64,000 nt of DNA from Bacteroidota bacterium (GTDB taxonomy: Bacteria; Bacteroidota; Ignavibacteria; Kapaibacteriales; UBA2268), in contig JBLWYD010000001.1 in assembly GCA_048267165.1 (NCBI GenBank), forward strand, positions 128,073 to 192,072, written 5' to 3'. Below, in pieces: positions 54,737 to 63,999 of this stretch (positions are counted from its first letter, which is position 1; every line of letters starts with the position of its first letter). The position numbers were made by a program, and so were the translations under genes. A model generated the notes under the pieces. The model was not told where the DNA came from. It did not search any database and saw nothing but the letters and a program-made list of their open reading frames with translations.

Positions 54737-57169
54737 CTAAAAGTTCAAGCATTCTTCGATTTTTGCCTTTACTTTATCTACGTTTATCAATACTTCATCT
54801 TCATAGCTCTTCGCAAATCCAACTGGACAATCTTCAGAGCCCAATCTCATTACTGGAGCATCTAGATAATTGAAGGCTTCTTGGCTTACTGTTGATGCGA
54901 TTTCTCCACCAAATCCACCTGTTAGAGTGTCTTCATGTACTACTACTAATCTGTTAGTTTTCTTAACTGACTCTATTATGATATCTTTATCCCAAGGGAT
55001 AAGAGATCTCAAATCAATTACTTCTACAGATAAGCCTTGTTCGGCTAGCTTTTCAGCAGCAAATAAGCTCATGTGGACACCTGTACCATAAGTAGCTACT
55101 GTTATATCAGTACCTTCTCTTCTTATCTTACCTTTTCCGAATGGGATTACCCAATCTTCATCACTTACAGGTCCAGCGGCAGCTTTGAAATTGTATAAGT
55201 ACTTCGGCTCTAAGAACATTGTAGGTCCTTTAGAACGAATACAGTTTCTTAGTAACCCAATCGCATCATCAGCGAAAGCGGGTTGAACAACTCTGATACC
55301 AGGTATAGATGTAAATACCGCTTCTAAGTTCTGTGAGTGGTAAAGACCACCTTGTATATACCCACCACTTGCTAATCTAAGAGTAACGTTGGGGCTAAAT
55401 TGTCCTCTTGTTCTCCAATACTCGTGTGTTAACTCTATTAGTTGCTCCATTGCAGGCCAGAAATAGTCCGCAAATTCAGCTCCTTCTATAACTAATCTAA
55501 TGTCCTCTCTATATCTAGAGAATCCATTAGCAGCACCTACTATATTATCTTCAGCTATTGGTGCGTTGAATACTCTATCTTTACCGAATTCTTCTGGCAT
55601 ACCTTTCACTACGTTGAATACACCGCCTTTCCCTATATCTTGACCCCACATAAACGTATTAGGGTTAGCTCTGAATTCTTCTTTCAGAGTTCTATTAATA
55701 CCTTCTATATAGTTTACTTCTTCGTTGTCAGTGTTCAGAGGGTATTCTGTATCAGCGTCAGGTCCAGCGAACGCTTCAGGGAATATGAAGTTTGGCCAGC
55801 TCTTACCGTCTGCATTAGGTGCAGCTTCTGCTTCATCGGCAGCATCAAATATTTTCTGCTTGATACCATCTTCTATTACTTCTAATTCTTTTTGAGTCAG
55901 ATATTTTTCTTGGATTAGTTTGTATCTGAATTGCATCAAAGGGTCTCTTAGTACCACATCTACTATCTCTTGAGCTGGACGGTAGTTATCCTGCTTATCA
56001 GAATTTGAGTGTGAACCGACTCTATCACATTCTGCATGTACAATAGCTGGGCCTTTACCACTCTTTGCATATTTAACAGCTTCTGTCAATGCTCTATGCG
56101 AATCAAAAGCATCACGTCCATCACATTCTATTATCTTAGTATTAGGAAATCCTTTGAAATTATCAGAAACAACCATGTTAGATGATACTTCTTGCAATGG
56201 TACAGATATACCAAACAAATTACTTTGGATAACAAATACAACTGGAGCTCTATCGAAGTCAGCACTTGCTATTGCTTCGTAGAAGTAACCTTCTGCACAA
56301 GCAGATTCGCCACCTGAGTAGAATACTACTTCATCGCCTTTATATTTTTTGATAGCTCTACCCAAACCAGCTGCGTGCTGTGAGTGATTACCCGTACAAG
56401 AAGATACGTTTTGAATACCAATCTCTGGTTTTGCAAAGTGATTAGACATGTGACGACCGCCACCTGCTACATCAGTATCTTTCGATAGACCGTTAAGTAT
56501 TATCTCCACTGGAGTCATACCTGCAGAAAGTGAAGTCATAAAATCACGGTAGTAAGGGAACATAAAATCTTTGCTAGCTCTGAATATTTGACCCAAAGCT
56601 AATTGGATACCATCGTGACCAGCAAATGGTGCGTGGTATGACCAACCTTTAGCCATCTTTAAGTATAGAGCCGCTTTTTCATCAAGTTTTCTACCAAGTA
56701 ATTGTAGTTTATACCAATCTATTACTTGTTCTTTTTTGTATCCTTTGAAATCGAATTTAGAGTGCATTACAACTTCTACATCTTTACCGCCAAACTTCAT
56801 CTTGTGAATAGTCTTACCAGTAGATTTGCTTTTAGTTGTATTTCCAACTTTAGTTGTTGCTTTTGTAACTGCTTTTTTCGCTTTTGTAGCAGTTTTAGAA
56901 GTATTGCTAACTTTAGCTTTACTAGTAGCAGATTTTGATTTACTCTTAGTCACAGTTTTAGTTGCGGGCTTTTTAGTAGCCGCTGCTGACTTAGTTTTAG
57001 TCGCTGGCTTTTTAACAGCTGTCTTAGATGGTTTTACTTTCGTATTAGATTTAGCTGCTGATTTCTTAGTAGTACTTTTAGCTACACCATTATTGGTTTT
57101 AGCCGCACTAGTAGTTTTCTTAGCTTTTTCTGTTGTTTTTGCTTTGCTCTTAGTTGCCTTTTTAGCCAT
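54737..57169 (-). CDS. fused 2-oxoacid dehydrogenase E1 component (alpha + beta subunits in one chain) with Lys/Ala/Thr-rich N-terminal tail
   Basis: E1-alpha TPP region (GGGRHMSNHF, YSGGESACAEGYFYEA), E1-beta region (NAPIAEDNIVGAANGF, RLASGGYIQGGLYHSQ, PWDKD). The ATG at 57169 is preceded by GGAG. The first ~125 aa are KKAT-type low complexity. Confidence 0.9.
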   Translation of the reverse strand: MAKKATKSKAKTTEKAKKTTSAAKTNNGVAKSTTKKSAAKSNTKVKPSKTAVKKPATKTKSAAATKKPATKTVTKSKSKSATSKAKVSNTSKTATKAKKAVTKATTKVGNTTKSKSTGKTIHKMKFGGKDVEVVMHSKFDFKGYKKEQVIDWYKLQLLGRKLDEKAALYLKMAKGWSYHAPFAGHDGIQLALGQIFRASKDFMFPYYRDFMTSLSAGMTPVEIILNGLSKDTDVAGGGRHMSNHFAKPEIGIQNVSSCTGNHSQHAAGLGRAIKKYKGDEVVFYSGGESACAEGYFYEAIASADFDRAPVVFVIQSNLFGISVPLQEVSSNMVVSDNFKGFPNTKIIECDGRDAFDSHRALTEAVKYAKSGKGPAIVHAECDRVGSHSNSDKQDNYRPAQEIVDVVLRDPLMQFRYKLIQEKYLTQKELEVIEDGIKQKIFDAADEAEAAPNADGKSWPNFIFPEAFAGPDADTEYPLNTDNEEVNYIEGINRTLKEEFRANPNTFMWGQDIGKGGVFNVVKGMPEEFGKDRVFNAPIAEDNIVGAANGFSRYREDIRLVIEGAEFADYFWPAMEQLIELTHEYWRTRGQFSPNVTLRLASGGYIQGGLYHSQNLEAVFTSIPGIRVVQPAFADDAIGLLRNCIRSKGPTMFLEPKYLYNFKAAAGPVSDEDWVIPFGKGKIRREGTDITVATYGTGVHMSLFAAEKLAEQGLSVEVIDLRSLIPWDKDIIIESVKKTNRLVVVHEDTLTGGFGGEIASTVSQEAFNYLDAPVMRLGSEDCPVGFAKSYEDEVLINVDKVKAKIEECLNF

Positions 57170-57213
57170 TACTAACTCCAAATTTCAAATTATATATTTA
57201 TTATTTTCTTAAA

Positions 57214-58677
57214 TTAAGCATCTTGTAGATATTTATCTACTAAGTCCGAAACTATTTGCGGATTTGCTTTGCCTTTAGATTCTTTCATTACTTGACCGAC
57301 GAAGAATCCTTTTACTTTAGCATTTCCTGACTTGAATTTTTCTACAGAATCTGGGTTCGCCTCTATTACTCCTTTCACTAACTCGTCAATGAATGAAGTA
57401 TCTGATACTTGTTTCAACCCTTTTTCTTCTACAATCTCTTTAGGTGATTTCCCTAACTCTACATCTGCGAATATATCCTTAGCTATAGTATTGGATATAG
57501 TGCCAGAAGAAACCAAATCAACGATTTCAGCTATATGTTGTGGTTTGACCTTCAGATCAGATACTACTGTATCCCTATCTTGTATCATCCTCATTATCTC
57601 TGTCATCACCCAGTTGCTGACTAACTTATTGTTGCCCGCATTCTTATTTTCTAATTTCCTTATAGCATTTTCGTAAAAATCAGCTATTTCTTTCTCAGCT
57701 ACTAATACCGAAGCGTCATAGTTAGGTATTTCGTATTGCTCTACAAATCTATTCTTTCTTGCGATAGGAAGCTCAGGCATCAAAGCTCTGACTTTCTCTA
57801 CCCAATCTTCTTTTACTATAAGTGGTGGAAGATCTGGCTCTGGGAAGTATCTATAATCATGGGCCATTTCTTTGGTACGCATTTCTTTAGTTTCATTTGC
57901 GTTGCCATCCCACTGCATAGTTACTTGTCTAACTTCGCCGCCACCTTCTATTAATTCGATTTGACGCTTTATCTCGTAATCAATTGCTTTTTCTACATTT
58001 CTAAAACTATTTAGATTCTTTACTTCCGTTCTTGTTCCGAATTTTTCTCTTCCTACAGGTCTTACAGATATGTTTGCATCTACACGCAGTGCACCTTCTT
58101 CCATATTACCAGTGTTGATACCCAGATATACAAGTATCTGCTTTAACTGCATTAAGTAAAGATATGCTTCTGCTGAACTACGTATATCCGGCTCGCTTAC
58201 TATCTCAATCAAAGCAACACCAGCACGGTTGAAATCAACAAGAGTATCTATATCCAAATCGTGGATAGATTTACCCGAATCTTCTTCCATGTGAATACGA
58301 GTTATACCTATACGTTTAGTATTAACCTCGTCTAACTCTATTTCCAAGTGTCCATCGTAACAGATAGGAGTTTTATCTTGAGATATTTGATATCCCTTTG
58401 GTAAATCCTGATAGAAGTAATTCTTCCTAGCGAATAGATTTCTTTCCCTTATCTTGCAGTTAGTAGCTAAACCCATCATAATAGCGTAGTCAACTACTTT
58501 CCTATTAAGTACAGGTAGTGTACCTGGGTGAGCTAAAGTCACAGGGTCAGTATTTGTATTAGGAGAAGCTCCGAACTTAGTAGAGCTAGAGCTAAATGCT
58601 TTAGATTCAGTCAATAACTGAGCGTGAATCTCTAACCCAATTACGGGTGCGTATTTTTCGTATATCTCTTTGTTCAT
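57214..58677 (-). CDS. gatB: Asp-tRNA(Asn)/Glu-tRNA(Gln) amidotransferase subunit B
   Basis: PVIGLEIHAQL, NRAGVALIEIVSEPD, EGALRVDANISVRP, DYRYFPEPDLPP and a C-terminal YqeY-like tail. Confidence 0.97.
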   Translation of the reverse strand: MNKEIYEKYAPVIGLEIHAQLLTESKAFSSSSTKFGASPNTNTDPVTLAHPGTLPVLNRKVVDYAIMMGLATNCKIRERNLFARKNYFYQDLPKGYQISQDKTPICYDGHLEIELDEVNTKRIGITRIHMEEDSGKSIHDLDIDTLVDFNRAGVALIEIVSEPDIRSSAEAYLYLMQLKQILVYLGINTGNMEEGALRVDANISVRPVGREKFGTRTEVKNLNSFRNVEKAIDYEIKRQIELIEGGGEVRQVTMQWDGNANETKEMRTKEMAHDYRYFPEPDLPPLIVKEDWVEKVRALMPELPIARKNRFVEQYEIPNYDASVLVAEKEIADFYENAIRKLENKNAGNNKLVSNWVMTEIMRMIQDRDTVVSDLKVKPQHIAEIVDLVSSGTISNTIAKDIFADVELGKSPKEIVEEKGLKQVSDTSFIDELVKGVIEANPDSVEKFKSGNAKVKGFFVGQVMKESKGKANPQIVSDLVDKYLQDA

Positions 58678-58855
58678 TTAGCCGGAATCTGATTTATATA
58701 ATTCTACAAATTTAAGAAATATAAAGTAGAAACAAATACTTTTAAGTACAGCTAAACACACAAAAACAACTATTTAACTGTAAAGTTGTTAGAATTTATT
58801 GAAAAATGTATTAACTTAACTTTCAAAGATGATATAAATTTGTCAGAATATATTT

Positions 58856-59527
58856 ATGCCAAAGCAGTATATAATAGGTGATATTCATGGGTGCTACAAG
58901 ACATTAGTCGCACTCCTCGAGGAAGAGGTAAAACCGACCAAACCGGACACTATCTATTTCCTAGGTGATTATATTGGTAAAGGACCAGATTCTAAAAATG
59001 TAGTCAAGTATATTATTTCATTAAAAAATGATGGGTACAAAGTCCGTTGCTTGATGGGTAATCACGAGAAAATGCTACTCGACTCTATGCTATCAGACCG
59101 GCAACACTATAAGTGGTTATGGAATGGTGGCTCCGAATGTCTGCGAAGCTTTGGTGTATATAGAGCAAATGAAATAAAGAACAAATACATTAAGTTTTTC
59201 GAAGAGCTAGAATACTTCATAGAATTAGATGAATTTATCCTTGTTCATGGGGGGCTTAATTTTAATGCTGAAAACCCATTGACTGACAGAAAATCTATGC
59301 TTTGGAGCAGAAATCAACACATAGATAAAAGCAAAACAAAAGGCAAGCGACTTATAGTAGGACACACTCCTGTAAAGTTCAAAAAGATAAAACGCACTTT
59401 ACATGAGGATTTGATAATGTTAGACGGTGGGTGTGTATATTCGAAAGTCAAAGAAAAGCAAGGCAATCTGGTCGCATTAGAACTTAGCAAGATGAAACTT
59501 TATCGTAAATACAACATAGATATGTAA
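58856..59527 (+). CDS. metallophosphoesterase (PPP-family Ser/Thr phosphatase / ApaH-like)
   Basis: GDIHGC, GDYIGKGPDS, GNHE and VHGG motifs. Confidence 0.9.
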   Translation: MPKQYIIGDIHGCYKTLVALLEEEVKPTKPDTIYFLGDYIGKGPDSKNVVKYIISLKNDGYKVRCLMGNHEKMLLDSMLSDRQHYKWLWNGGSECLRSFGVYRANEIKNKYIKFFEELEYFIELDEFILVHGGLNFNAENPLTDRKSMLWSRNQHIDKSKTKGKRLIVGHTPVKFKKIKRTLHEDLIMLDGGCVYSKVKEKQGNLVALELSKMKLYRKYNIDM

Positions 59528-59887
59528 ATGAATATAGAAGAGTTAAGAGAATATTGCCTAACTAGATTACACACTACAGAGGATACACCATTCGATGAGA
59601 CTACTTTAGCTTTCAAAGTTGGGGGAAAGATATTTGCCCTTACTAATATGGAAACAATACCGACGAGAGTAAACCTAAAGTGTGACCCCGAAAGAGCTAT
59701 CGAGCTACGAGAGAATTACCCAGAGGTGATTATCCCTGGTTACCACATGAGCAAGAAACATTGGAATACTGTCTTCATTGAAGAATTAGATACAAGCTTT
59801 ATCGAGGAACTTGTTAGTCATTCTTATGACTTAGTCTATAAATCGCTGACAAAATCTAAGCGATTAGAATTAGAAGGCGGAGCCTAG
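59528..59887 (+). CDS. MmcQ/YjbR-family protein
   Basis: TEDTPFDETTLAFKVGGKIFAL...KCDPERAIELRE...PGYHMSKKHWNTV matches the YjbR pattern. The start abuts the stop of the phosphatase gene. Confidence 0.85.
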   Translation: MNIEELREYCLTRLHTTEDTPFDETTLAFKVGGKIFALTNMETIPTRVNLKCDPERAIELRENYPEVIIPGYHMSKKHWNTVFIEELDTSFIEELVSHSYDLVYKSLTKSKRLELEGGA

Positions 59888-60456
59888 TTTCTTCTTAATA
59901 TACCGAAATAGAACATCTTAGTTAGTTGGTTTACCAACTCATCAGTTGATTCGTATATATTATTTAATCTGTCGTATAAAATTAGTTCGTTGATATGCTC
60001 TAGAAAAAATGAGATGAATTCTAGCTTCACATCATCTCTGAAATTACCTTTTTTCTGTTCCAAGATTATATACTTTAGTGAAAGGTCTCTATGAAACTCG
60101 ACTTTACTCCTCATATAATCTTTCATCTGAGGATTGTCCTGCTTAACGATATCACGTATTAAATCAGGACTAATTTCCTTAACAGACTCCATATTAAAAT
60201 AGATGAGTTCCATTATTTTTTCGATGAATGGTATATTCTTTGTGAATATTTCATTGTAAGCGACTTCTAAACCAGCATAGTTTTCATCAAGGATTTCTTT
60301 TATTATATCGAATTTATTTTCGTAGGCACGGTAGAAGGTCATTTTACTTAGACCAGCCGCTTCGCAGATATGGTCAACAGTAGTCTTGTTGACTCCTTGT
60401 TTCCATATTAACTTTCTAGTAGCTTCTAGAAGTTTTTTATGTGTAGCATCTTTCAT
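59884..60456 (-). CDS. TetR/AcrR-family transcriptional regulator, copy 1
   Basis: HTH block TTVDHICEAAGLSKMTFYRAYENK. Starting at ATG 60456 aligns with the copy 2 start (MKD.T..KLL). Confidence 0.9.
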   Translation of the reverse strand: MKDATHKKLLEATRKLIWKQGVNKTTVDHICEAAGLSKMTFYRAYENKFDIIKEILDENYAGLEVAYNEIFTKNIPFIEKIMELIYFNMESVKEISPDLIRDIVKQDNPQMKDYMRSKVEFHRDLSLKYIILEQKKGNFRDDVKLEFISFFLEHINELILYDRLNNIYESTDELVNQLTKMFYFGILRRN

Positions 60457-60500
60457 TATAAGCCCCATTTATAATTTGAGATATTGTAAGCACAATACCT

Positions 60501-60516
60501 AAAACTTTAAAGTTTT
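60501..60516. promoter_or_regulatory. perfect 16-bp palindrome AAAACTTTAAAGTTTT upstream of TetR copy 1 (candidate operator)
   Basis: Perfect dyad 45 nt upstream of the TetR-1 start codon. It shares the AAAGTT/AACTTT half-site with the inverted repeats at 60738 and 61827. Confidence 0.35.
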
Positions 60517-60660
60517 AGATGATGTGTATCGTTTTATCTATTCATTTTAAATGGTAATAATTACTTTTCGTAGGCGTTCCTTTTTTCTGAATCTTTGATT
60601 AATGATTTGTTAATTTATAATTATAAATTGACTTTTCAAAATATTTATTAGTTATAAAAC

Positions 60661-60688
60661 TTGACGTTCAAACGGATAATAGTAACAT
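60661..60688 (+). promoter_or_regulatory. sigma70-like promoter candidate TTGACG-N16-TAACAT, copy 1
   Basis: Conserved with copy 2 at 61750-61777. The consensus may not apply if the host uses Bacteroidota-type promoters. Confidence 0.3.
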
Positions 60689-60737
60689 CGGGGCTATGTT
60701 CTATTTTTCCATATACACAATAACAAACTTATGTAAT

Positions 60738-60764
60738 AAAAGTTACATTTAGGTAGCAACTTTT
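60738..60764. promoter_or_regulatory. inverted repeat AAAAGTT-N13-AACTTTT, copy 1
   Basis: The arms are conserved in copy 2 (61827-61852, N12 spacer) while the spacer differs. Confidence 0.35.
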
Positions 60765-60969
60765 CTAATTGTATACGGAATTATAGGGTTTTATGCAAAT
60801 CGAATATTTGGTATGCCTGTTAAATTAAGGGGCTTAATAAAATAATGCTTAAACAAAAGAATTTGTAAACTAGTACTACATTCAAAGTTTACATCAGAAT
60901 ATTTGACAAGGTATATTTTAGATGTCGGAAAATTAGTTTGAAGGAGTTACATCAAGTAAAAATAAATGC

Positions 60970-61542
60970 CTAGTTTCGCCTTAATATTCCAAAATAGAAC
61001 ATTTTAGTTAATTGGGTAACAAGTTCATCTGTTGATTCATATACGCAATTAAGTCTTTCCTCTAACGCTAGTTCATTGATATGCACTAGGAAAAAGGAAA
61101 TGAATTCCAACTTAACGTCACTTCTAAAATTTCCCTTTTTTTGTTCAATAATTATATACCTCATAGATAAATCTCTATGAAATTCAACTTTGCTTTGCAT
61201 ATAGTCTTTTAAATGAGGGTTCTTTTGTTTTATAATATCGCGAATGAATTCGGGGCTGACTTCTTTTACAGTACCCATAATATAATAGATAAGCTCCATA
61301 ACTTTTTCAATGAATGGAATATTTCTACTGAATATTTGGTCATAATCTTCTGCCATTGTTCTGTAATTTTCGTCGAGGATTTCTTTGACGATATCGTATT
61401 TGTTTTCGTATGCTCGGTAGAATGTCATCTTGCTGAGGCCAGCATCATCACAGATTTGGCTAACGGAGGTTTTATTCACTCCCTGTTTCCATATTAACTT
61501 TCTAGCTGAGTCTAGAAGTTTTTGGTTTGTTAAATCTTTCAT
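60970..61542 (-). CDS. TetR/AcrR-family transcriptional regulator, copy 2
   Basis: HTH block TSVSQICDDAGLSKMTFYRAYENK. Roughly three quarters identical to copy 1 by eye, with an identical C-terminus LTKMFYFGILRRN. Confidence 0.9.
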   Translation of the reverse strand: MKDLTNQKLLDSARKLIWKQGVNKTSVSQICDDAGLSKMTFYRAYENKYDIVKEILDENYRTMAEDYDQIFSRNIPFIEKVMELIYYIMGTVKEVSPEFIRDIIKQKNPHLKDYMQSKVEFHRDLSMRYIIIEQKKGNFRSDVKLEFISFFLVHINELALEERLNCVYESTDELVTQLTKMFYFGILRRN

Positions 61543-61749
61543 CTTACACCCCTTTTACAAATTATATAATTGCAATCCGTCTAAATTTATTAGAAAATCA
61601 TTTAGACTTAATTACTTTTTTTATGTATTATTTAAAAGGGTAAAACAAAAATTACATAAGCTCTTCTCTAGGGTTTTTAATTAAATGATAATTGAGTAGT
61701 CAACTTATTGCAAATAATCAATATTTCAAAATAATATTTCTTATAATAC

Positions 61750-61777
61750 TTGACGTTAATGCTGATAATAGTAACAT
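61750..61777 (+). promoter_or_regulatory. sigma70-like promoter candidate TTGACG-N16-TAACAT, copy 2 (faces the MerC-like gene)
   Basis: Same hexamers and spacing as copy 1, followed by the conserved GGGGCTATG block. Confidence 0.35.
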
Positions 61778-61826
61778 TGGGGCTATGCTCTACTCTTCAT
61801 CTATTACAATAACAACGGTATGGCTT

Positions 61827-61852
61827 AAAAGTTACAATTAGTTTCAACTTTT
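61827..61852. promoter_or_regulatory. inverted repeat AAAAGTT-N12-AACTTTT, copy 2
   Basis: Lies between the candidate promoter and the MerC-like start codon. Confidence 0.35.
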
Positions 61853-61933
61853 TTTAATCTTACTATCACATTTTTAATTCTACTCCGTCTTAGTTAGATT
61901 GTAAGTCATACTTAACCTAAATATAAGAGTAAA

Positions 61934-62311
61934 TTGGAACCCACTACAAGCGACAAAATTGGTATTACAGCATCTATTCTATGCTTGATTCACTGTCTTG
62001 CATTGCCAATACTATTTACAGTATCAGCAGATACGCTACATCTGGTTAATCACGAGATGCCTATTATTGACTATATATTCGCTGGGGTAGCACTCATAGC
62101 AGCTTATTTTTCTGCTCGTAAAACGGCTAATCCCAAAATCAAACTAGCATTTGGTATAGGTTGGACTTTCTTTATTGCTGGGGTTTTACTTCACGATAAT
62201 CATTACCTATTTGTGTTGCTTCATATCGGCTCTATTATACTAATAGTAACACATCTGAAGAACATACAAAGCTGTAGAATCAAATTCAAAAAACCGAAAG
62301 AATCTCTATGA
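61934..62311 (+). CDS. MerC-domain membrane protein
   Basis: SILCLIHCLALPILF Cys pair in TM1, four TM helices, IGSIILIVTHLKN tail. TTG start. Confidence 0.7.
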   Translation: MEPTTSDKIGITASILCLIHCLALPILFTVSADTLHLVNHEMPIIDYIFAGVALIAAYFSARKTANPKIKLAFGIGWTFFIAGVLLHDNHYLFVLLHIGSIILIVTHLKNIQSCRIKFKKPKESL

Positions 62312-63999
62312 GAAACGAAATAACACTAATACTAAAAGAGATAGCCGAGCTATTAACACTAAAAGGTGAAAACCACTTCAAAACTCGTGCTTATACTAAT
62401 GCTGCTTCACTAATATCAGATGATGGTATAGACATAGAAAGACACGTACAAGAAGGCACTCTGAGAGAAATAGACGGCATAGGCCCTGCACTGCAAGAGA
62501 AGCTCTCTCAATTTGTATTAACTGGGAAAATGGATTATTACGAAAAGCTAAAAGCTGAAATTCCTCAAGAAATGATAGACATTAGCAAGATAAAAGGAGT
62601 AGGTGCAAAAACAGCAAGAGCACTAGTAGAAAAACATAATGTGAAATCCGTAGATGAGCTTGAAGAGATGGCAAAAAACGGTCAGCTAGAAGCAATCAAG
62701 GGCTTCGGAGCAAAATCAGTTCAACAAGTAATCGACTCAATAAACGAAAACAAACAATACGAAAACAAGTACAGATTAGACACTGCATACAAAGCAGGCA
62801 AAGAGATATTAGAGTTATTCAAAGAATCTGGGGCTGTTAAAAAAGCAAGCTCTGCTGGTCAACTTAGAAGATGGTTGGAAGTAATAGAAAACATTGATTT
62901 TGTTGTAATCCCAGAAGATTTGGAACTACTAAAATCATCTTTACAAAAAGAGTTCAGCATTACTGAAAATGGTAATTCTATTACATTCATCTACAACAAA
63001 ATACCAGTCACTATTCACCTAGCTGATGAAGATAATTTCGGTATAATCTCTCATAATCTTAGCTCATCAGAACAGTATCTAGATGCTTTCAACGCTATCA
63101 CAATGAACAGTTTTCAGCTAAAAGATAATTATCTATATGATGGTGATGAAAAGCTGAGCATTGCCTCAGAACAAATGCTTTATAAGCAAATGACAATGCA
63201 GTACGTTGAACCTGAGAACAGAGAAGACGCACAAGCTGTGCAATATGCGGCTATAAGCGGTCTGCCAGAGCTAATCCACGACAAAGATATGAAAGGAATG
63301 CTGCACTGCCACAGTACTTGGAGCGATGGTCTGAATAGTATAGAAGAAATGGCACTAGAATCAAAAAGACTTGGGTATTCATATTTCGCGATTTGTGATC
63401 ATAGTAAAACGGCAGTCTATGCGAACGGACTATCGGAAGAGAGAGTATTAGCTCAACACAGAGAAATAGATGAGTTAAATAGCCGTGATTTAGGTATCAA
63501 AATACTGAAAGGAATAGAATCGGATATATTGAACGATGGTAGCTTAGATTACGACGAAGATATATTGAAAAAATTCGACTTAGTTGTAGCATCAGTTCAT
63601 TCCAATTTCACAATGAGTAAATCGGATATGACCGACAGAGTTATCAGAGCTGTTATGAGTCCTTATACGACAATACTAGGACATCCAACAGGGCGGTTAC
63701 TACTGAAAAGAAAGGGCTACGAAATAGACCAACACGCTGTAATAGATGCCGCAGCCGAACACAAAACTATAATAGAAATAAACGCTAACCCCCACAGATT
63801 AGACCTTGATTGGCGGTTGATTGGCTATGCAAAGCAGAAAGGTGTGAAAATAGCTATTAATCCCGATGCACATAACTTACGAGGGCTACAGCACGTAATG
63901 TATGGTATCAGAATGGCAAGAAAAGGGTGGCTCACACACAACGATGTGGTGAACACTTATAGTTACACAAAATTCAAAATGAACTGTCTAAGCAAATGA
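62308..63999 (+). CDS. polX: family X DNA polymerase with C-terminal PHP phosphoesterase domain
   Basis: N-terminal HhH motifs (IDGIGPALQEKL, IKGVGAKTARAL, IKGFGAKSV). PHP His/Asp blocks (HCHSTWSDG, ICDHS, SVHS, GHPTGR, NPDAH). ATGA overlap with the MerC-like gene. Confidence 0.92.
   Translation: MRNEITLILKEIAELLTLKGENHFKTRAYTNAASLISDDGIDIERHVQEGTLREIDGIGPALQEKLSQFVLTGKMDYYEKLKAEIPQEMIDISKIKGVGAKTARALVEKHNVKSVDELEEMAKNGQLEAIKGFGAKSVQQVIDSINENKQYENKYRLDTAYKAGKEILELFKESGAVKKASSAGQLRRWLEVIENIDFVVIPEDLELLKSSLQKEFSITENGNSITFIYNKIPVTIHLADEDNFGIISHNLSSSEQYLDAFNAITMNSFQLKDNYLYDGDEKLSIASEQMLYKQMTMQYVEPENREDAQAVQYAAISGLPELIHDKDMKGMLHCHSTWSDGLNSIEEMALESKRLGYSYFAICDHSKTAVYANGLSEERVLAQHREIDELNSRDLGIKILKGIESDILNDGSLDYDEDILKKFDLVVASVHSNFTMSKSDMTDRVIRAVMSPYTTILGHPTGRLLLKRKGYEIDQHAVIDAAAEHKTIIEINANPHRLDLDWRLIGYAKQKGVKIAINPDAHNLRGLQHVMYGIRMARKGWLTHNDVVNTYSYTKFKMNCLSK

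Noticed and set aside
56726-57212. Plus-strand ORFs 56726-56938 and 56826-57212 (Leu/Val/Ala/Phe-rich)
   Set aside because: They are antisense to the AAR/GCN/ACN repeat DNA encoding the Lys/Ala/Thr tail of the E1 gene, so they are a compositional artefact.
31217-58677. 27-kb run of genes all on the minus strand as evidence for a single horizontally acquired island
   Set aside because: The run mixes core genes (gatB, E1, rlmD, queE) with accessory ones and shows no boundary repeats or composition break visible by eye. It more likely reflects leading-strand gene orientation.
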